A stretch of 49,513 nucleotides of DNA from Macrostomum lignano (Eukaryota): contig NIVC01004341.1 in the NCBI GenBank assembly GCA_002269645.1, forward strand, positions 1 to 49,513, read 5' to 3'. Below are positions 45,202 through 49,513 of the stretch, piece by piece (position 1 is the first letter of the stretch; every line of letters begins with the position of its first letter). The position numbers and the translations under genes were made by a program. The notes under the pieces are model-generated. The model had not been told where the DNA came from. It ran no database searches and saw only the letters and a list, made by a program, of their open reading frames with translations.

Positions 45202-46669
45202 GCTGAAACAAAAACTATGTGGAGTGATAAATTTCATTTCAAAAAGCACCGACAGTATATTAATGAGGTCAGAGCAAGAGATTTAAATTATACCCTACCA
45301 ACAAGTGATAATTCAAATAACTTTACTACTGGAACGGTAACTTTTGACATCGGCGCAACCAACACTATATTGGATATGAAAAATGCGTTTTTCCGCGTTA
45401 GATGGTTGTATACTAGAAATGATGGAACTGCTCTTGCAGCCGGAGATATCGCAGATCGATCCGGAATAATAATAGAAAATGATTGGTTTTATAAATGTTT
45501 TTCCCAAGCTCAACTAACTGTTAATGGTGCTGAGGTTGAGACATCATCAAACCCCGCAGAGATTAATGGAGTTTTGAAACATTTAAATTATACTTATTTA
45601 TCAAAACAAGTTGGTGATAATGTTGGGTGGATGCCGGATAAAGGTAACGGTCAAGCAGTAGTTTTCCCTAATGTACAAAACGCAGCCGGTGCAGATACTG
45701 CAGCGCTAATTGTTTACCTTAATACAAACATAGTTCCAGTTGTAACCACTATGACTAATACAAAAGATATTAATACTGGTTTTATAGATCGTCAGAATAA
45801 ATTCCCAGTCGCGGTTTTAACCACGGCGACGGCATATGAGCAGGACTTTTCAATCTTCCCGCTATTTGGGTTCTTCTCACCAAATCGGGTATGGAAAGGA
45901 TTAAAATTTGGGATACAGTTGCAAATATCTGGTGGATATCAGCCTAGGATACTTTATGGAACCTCAATTTCAACCGATATAGCAGTTCGTATAGATTCAA
46001 TTCAATTAGTCGTACCAACTATTGAGGTAACAGCTCCGCTTTTAAAACACATCGATAATCAGTTAACGCATGATCAGGAAATATTTTATTTGAATCGTAG
46101 ACACTTTATGCGAACCATTAATAACAATCAGGATTCATTCCAGTGGCAAATACTGACATCAAAACGTCGGGTGAGATATATTTTTGTTTGGTTTAAGATA
46201 ACAAATAGAAGGAGTAAAAGAGCAAATGGGGATTTATATTGGCTTCAATCGGTGACATAGCAGCACAAGCAGCTACCGCAACAGACAACGCAGTTGCTGC
46301 AATTAACGAGTTTAATGTTCAGAATATCCGCCTGCAGGTTGATGATCAATATTATCCGGTTAAAGACCCCTAAATTTAAATATAGCAAATAATAATGTTA
46401 ATGATTTTATAAAATATTATCAAGATTATGCTAAAAATGAAGCGTATGCCGTCCCTCAGTACACACCCACAGAGTTTCTAAACATTCATCCAGTGGTTGT
46501 TTATGATCTAACGGCACAGAAAGAAAACGTAGCCAATATTGGACTTAATTATATGTTAGAGATTAATAAAACCGGTAATCAGGCACTTGACGCCCACGTA
46601 TTGTTTCTAGAGGAATATATGTCAATTGCTAAAGCTGATGGCACGATTGTTCGGGACGCGCCGCTGTAA
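45199..46669 (+). CDS. Major capsid protein (double jelly-roll), frameshifted near 46200-46240 and ~46370
   Basis: 353-aa ORF continues in shifted frames as ...NIRLQVDDQYYPVKDP/LNLNIANNN...FLNIHPVVVYDLTAQKE...RDAPL*, a typical Polinton MCP C-terminus. Confidence 0.85.
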
Positions 46670-46720
46670 AATGAGTGCAGGTCTCCGACCGTCGCGCCTA
46701 TTTAAATTATTTCTTTAAAA

Positions 46721-47521
46721 ATGGTAAAGGCAAAACACGATAAGATATTTCCAAATGATCCTTTTCTTTGTTTAGTAATTGGTGGGTCGGGTAAAGGAAA
46801 AACACACTTTGTTTACGATTTATTAACAACAGATGGAATGCTAGACTATAATAATTTAATAATTTATACTAACAAACCTAGAATAAAATATTATGAATTT
46901 CTTAAACATGGATTAAAAAACAAATTAAAAAAAGATGTCTTGTTTAGAATGTTAAGAGCATATGAGCAATATGAGGATGATGACGAACCGCGATTTAATC
47001 TAGCAGACATTGAGGATTTATGTAAAACAATGGCACAACAGCCAGAAAACATCACCGATCGCCCCGAAGGGTCGCGGACTTCGTCCGATCGAGCCCCAAC
47101 TGTTAGAGTATCAACCCGATTAGCCTATGATCAAATTCCAAAACATGATAAAACACTAATTATTTTTGATGATTGTATTAATGACGGTGATCAAGAATTA
47201 CAAAAGGAAATTTTTGTTAGTGGTAGAGGAGATGGAATTGGAGCTTTTTATCTTACTCAATCCTTTAGAGAATTAGAATCGATTATAAAAAAGAATGCTA
47301 GCTGTTGTGTAATGTTTGATTTAGATAACTATGATCTACAAAATATTCACGCTAGATTTAATCCCGGGTTGGATGCAAAACCATTTAAAAGTATGTGTAA
47401 AAAAATTTGGGATGATAGCCAATACAAACATATTTATATCAATCCGAGGTTAGAAAGGAAACATAGAATTTTAACAAATTTGATAAAAGAAGATAATGAG
47501 GAAGAAGAGGATCGTGCATAG
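46721..47521 (+). CDS. A32/FtsK-like DNA packaging ATPase
   Basis: Walker A GGSGKGKT, Walker B LIIFDD, R-G..IG..YLTQS motif; carries a 10-aa in-frame hairpin insertion. Confidence 0.93.
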   Translation: MVKAKHDKIFPNDPFLCLVIGGSGKGKTHFVYDLLTTDGMLDYNNLIIYTNKPRIKYYEFLKHGLKNKLKKDVLFRMLRAYEQYEDDDEPRFNLADIEDLCKTMAQQPENITDRPEGSRTSSDRAPTVRVSTRLAYDQIPKHDKTLIIFDDCINDGDQELQKEIFVSGRGDGIGAFYLTQSFRELESIIKKNASCCVMFDLDNYDLQNIHARFNPGLDAKPFKSMCKKIWDDSQYKHIYINPRLERKHRILTNLIKEDNEEEEDRA

Positions 47522-47602
47522 CACGCGTACCTTCGGTACGATCGCCCCATAGGGTCGCGAACTTCGTTCGATCGTTCCTTCGGAACGCGGACTTCGTCCG
47601 AT
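47511..47602. repeat. Three tandem 28-bp double-hairpin elements separated by AT
   Basis: Cores at 47513-47540, 47543-47570 and 47573-47600. Other copies at 42114-42141, 43612-43639, 47060-47087, 48408-48435, 48460-48487 and 49083-49110. Confidence 0.93.
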
Positions 47603-47620
47603 TAATTTCCCACTATAAAA

Positions 47621-48406
47621 ATGACTACAAATTTAGATACTATAAAACAATTGGTAGATCGAACTAATTCAAAATTTAGTACAACATTACAGTTTATAAT
47701 GACAACCAGCGAGCAACGGATTCAATTGCGCGATCCATTACAACTTGATCAAAGCCTAAGTTATCAAATAGGTTTAATACTATTTTCGGTTTTCAACATG
47801 CCTCAATTAATTAATGCAACAAATAATCAATTTAGATATTCTAAAGATTCCGGAGCCAATTGGACAACATTTAGCGTTAACCCAGGAGCGTATAGCTATA
47901 CTGATTTGAATGCTTATATAGAAGGAGAATTAACATCTAACGGCGATTGGGTAGCAGGGCGAATTGTTATAGGTGTTGATTTACCGTCTGGCAGATTCAC
48001 ACTATCACTAGGATCCGGATATCAGGTTGATTTCACAATTGCAAATTCACTCAGAACCATACTTGGATTTAATTCCCGAATAGTTACCACATCAAGCACC
48101 GGTGATACAGTTGGAAATATAGAGGGTGGAGTAAATACAATTAATATAACAACCGACATTTCAAACGGTGGTTATATAACAGACGATAACGGAGTTTTGG
48201 TTCAACGTGGAATTATTTATTCAATCCCATTTCTTGCTGTTCCAATTGGAGAGAAAATGATTGTATCACCTCAAACCCCAATATATTACCCATTAAATCA
48301 ATATAATGTTCAATCAATTTATATTAGGATTGTAGATGAAAGCGATAGATTAATAAGTTTTGGTGGGCAGTCAATAACAGTGATTTTACGTATAAAACAG
48401 GTTTAG
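47621..48406 (+). CDS. Minor capsid protein (penton, single jelly-roll)
   Basis: P..LD...YQIGL..F..FN, GVNTINITTDI, PQTPIYYPLN, IRIVDESDRLISFGG..ITVILRIK pattern of Polinton minor capsid proteins. Confidence 0.88.
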   Translation: MTTNLDTIKQLVDRTNSKFSTTLQFIMTTSEQRIQLRDPLQLDQSLSYQIGLILFSVFNMPQLINATNNQFRYSKDSGANWTTFSVNPGAYSYTDLNAYIEGELTSNGDWVAGRIVIGVDLPSGRFTLSLGSGYQVDFTIANSLRTILGFNSRIVTTSSTGDTVGNIEGGVNTINITTDISNGGYITDDNGVLVQRGIIYSIPFLAVPIGEKMIVSPQTPIYYPLNQYNVQSIYIRIVDESDRLISFGGQSITVILRIKQV

Positions 48407-48450
48407 CCGAACCAAAGGTTCGAGGACTTTGTCCGTTTCCTATAGTAAAA

Positions 48451-48660
48451 ATGGGTAATCGAACAACATGTTCGCGTGCAAAGCACGATAATAATAATAA
48501 TTTAATAAAAAAACAATCAGAAAAAGTTAAAAAAGCTGAAGATAATTACGAACTAGAACTAGCAAAATTAAGGCAGTTACAAGCTGATAAAATAAGAAAG
48601 GAATTGTTAAAACCCACACCTACGAAACTAACTAAAACCAAGAGTTTTTCAGGAACATAA
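48451..48660 (+). CDS. Polinton small basic/coiled-coil protein (69 aa)
   Basis: AAAAATG start; codons 3-13 derive from a hairpin element. Confidence 0.45.
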   Translation: MGNRTTCSRAKHDNNNNLIKKQSEKVKKAEDNYELELAKLRQLQADKIRKELLKPTPTKLTKTKSFSGT

Positions 48661-48661
48661 A

Positions 48662-49049
48662 ATGACCATGACGTGGGATGATTTTAAACAAGATATGGAA
48701 CGGACACAACAAGCAATATCGAATTAACAAATTGGGCGAGGCAGTTAAAAATAAAACCATTCAGATGTGTTATGCGAGATGAGATCAAAGACTTACCACA
48801 ATATGGATCTTTCATTGTTAATATTGAAACAACAAAAGAAAACGGTGTGTTCATTGGTCAGCAGTTTATTCAAAACCAAAACTTGTTTATTTTTTTGATT
48901 CATACGCGCTTCCTCCGTTACAGGAAATAAAAGACAAATTTAATCATACTAAAAATCGTTTATGTGGAGATCATCACGAACAGTTTCAAACCTTTGATAA
49001 AAGTTATTGCGGACAAGCAGCGTTATATTTTATATCGACTTTCGAATGA
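48662..49049 (+). pseudogene. Adenain-like cysteine protease, frameshifted
   Basis: Fragments read SNIELTNWARQL...IVNIETTKENG/HWSAV...YF/FDSYALPP...QFQTFDKSYCGQ, containing the His, Asp, Gln and Cys catalytic residues. Confidence 0.85.
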
Positions 49050-49140
49050 AGCTCGTGTAAACCACAAAGTATTTAAGACTATCATGCAAAGCATGCGAAC
49101 CTAAGGTTCGATTTTAGACTCTATAAAATAGACAGTAAAA

Positions 49141-49513
49141 ATGATATTTTCTGGAACACCCTCATGGAACGGAACAACAAGTAGTGGTGTGGTGGCACAT
49201 CTGGTGGAATAAGTGTTACATTTGGAGATAATCGATATATTAATGAAGATGAAGGTTATAAAAAAAGTGAAGTGATACTAAACTAAATTTGAAACGGAAT
49301 GTTGCAGATTCCTATAAAACTGAAATCATACTTCATTAAATCTTAAAAGAGATATTAGCGATTCATATACAAAATCAGAGGTTGACACTGGGTTAAATTT
49401 AAAAAGAGATATAACTGATTCTTATTCTCGAACTGATTCTGATTCGCGTTTATGTTCAAGCCACCGCAACCGGAACTTTAGATATGGATAACAATCGAAT
49501 TATAAATGTTGCA
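49141..49513 (+). pseudogene. Frameshifted ORF, possibly fibre-like, truncated by the window end
   Basis: AAAAATG start; window ends in GTLDMDNNRIINVA, resembling the LDM..NRI.NV motif of fibre-like repeat proteins. Confidence 0.4.

Larger units (their letters stand above)
41382..49513. mobile_element. Polinton/Maverick (adintovirus-like endogenous virus), left part; continues beyond the window
   Basis: AGTAGT terminus, sharp shift to AT-rich gene-dense DNA lacking spliceosomal introns, and integrase, PLA2, MCP, ATPase, minor capsid and protease genes. Confidence 0.96.

Overview
Eukaryotic (animal) genomic DNA with GC-rich exons and introns filled with minisatellites. The style suggests a flatworm such as Macrostomum, but that is inference. 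Host part (1-41381): a decayed hAT transposase interrupted by a tRNA-derived SINE; a 7-exon SIPA1L/SPAR-like Rap-GAP gene (+); a tandemly duplicated neuropeptide precursor (-) whose predicted peptides GFRNSLRFGSNY-amide and GFRGTLRFASNY-amide resemble allatotropin; a calmodulin-like gene (-); and two exons of a two-TM membrane protein (+). From 41382 to the window end is the left part of an AT-rich Polinton/Maverick (adintovirus-like) element, inserted in a satellite inside a host intron. It has a palindromic AGTAGT terminus, PLA2-integrase, HNH nuclease, major capsid, packaging ATPase, minor capsid and adenain-like protease; pPolB is not in the window. Main discoveries: (1) a 333-nt IC1-like group I intron (43457-43789, -) splits the GPG motif of the PLA2-integrase gene, has no ORF of its own, ends in A instead of G, and lies next to a free-standing HNH endonuclease; (2) a 28-bp double-hairpin element, conserved in structure but not sequence and usually flanked by AT, occurs nine times in the Polinton, including in frame in ORFs and inside the ribozyme. 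All structures were paired by eye; no searches were run.
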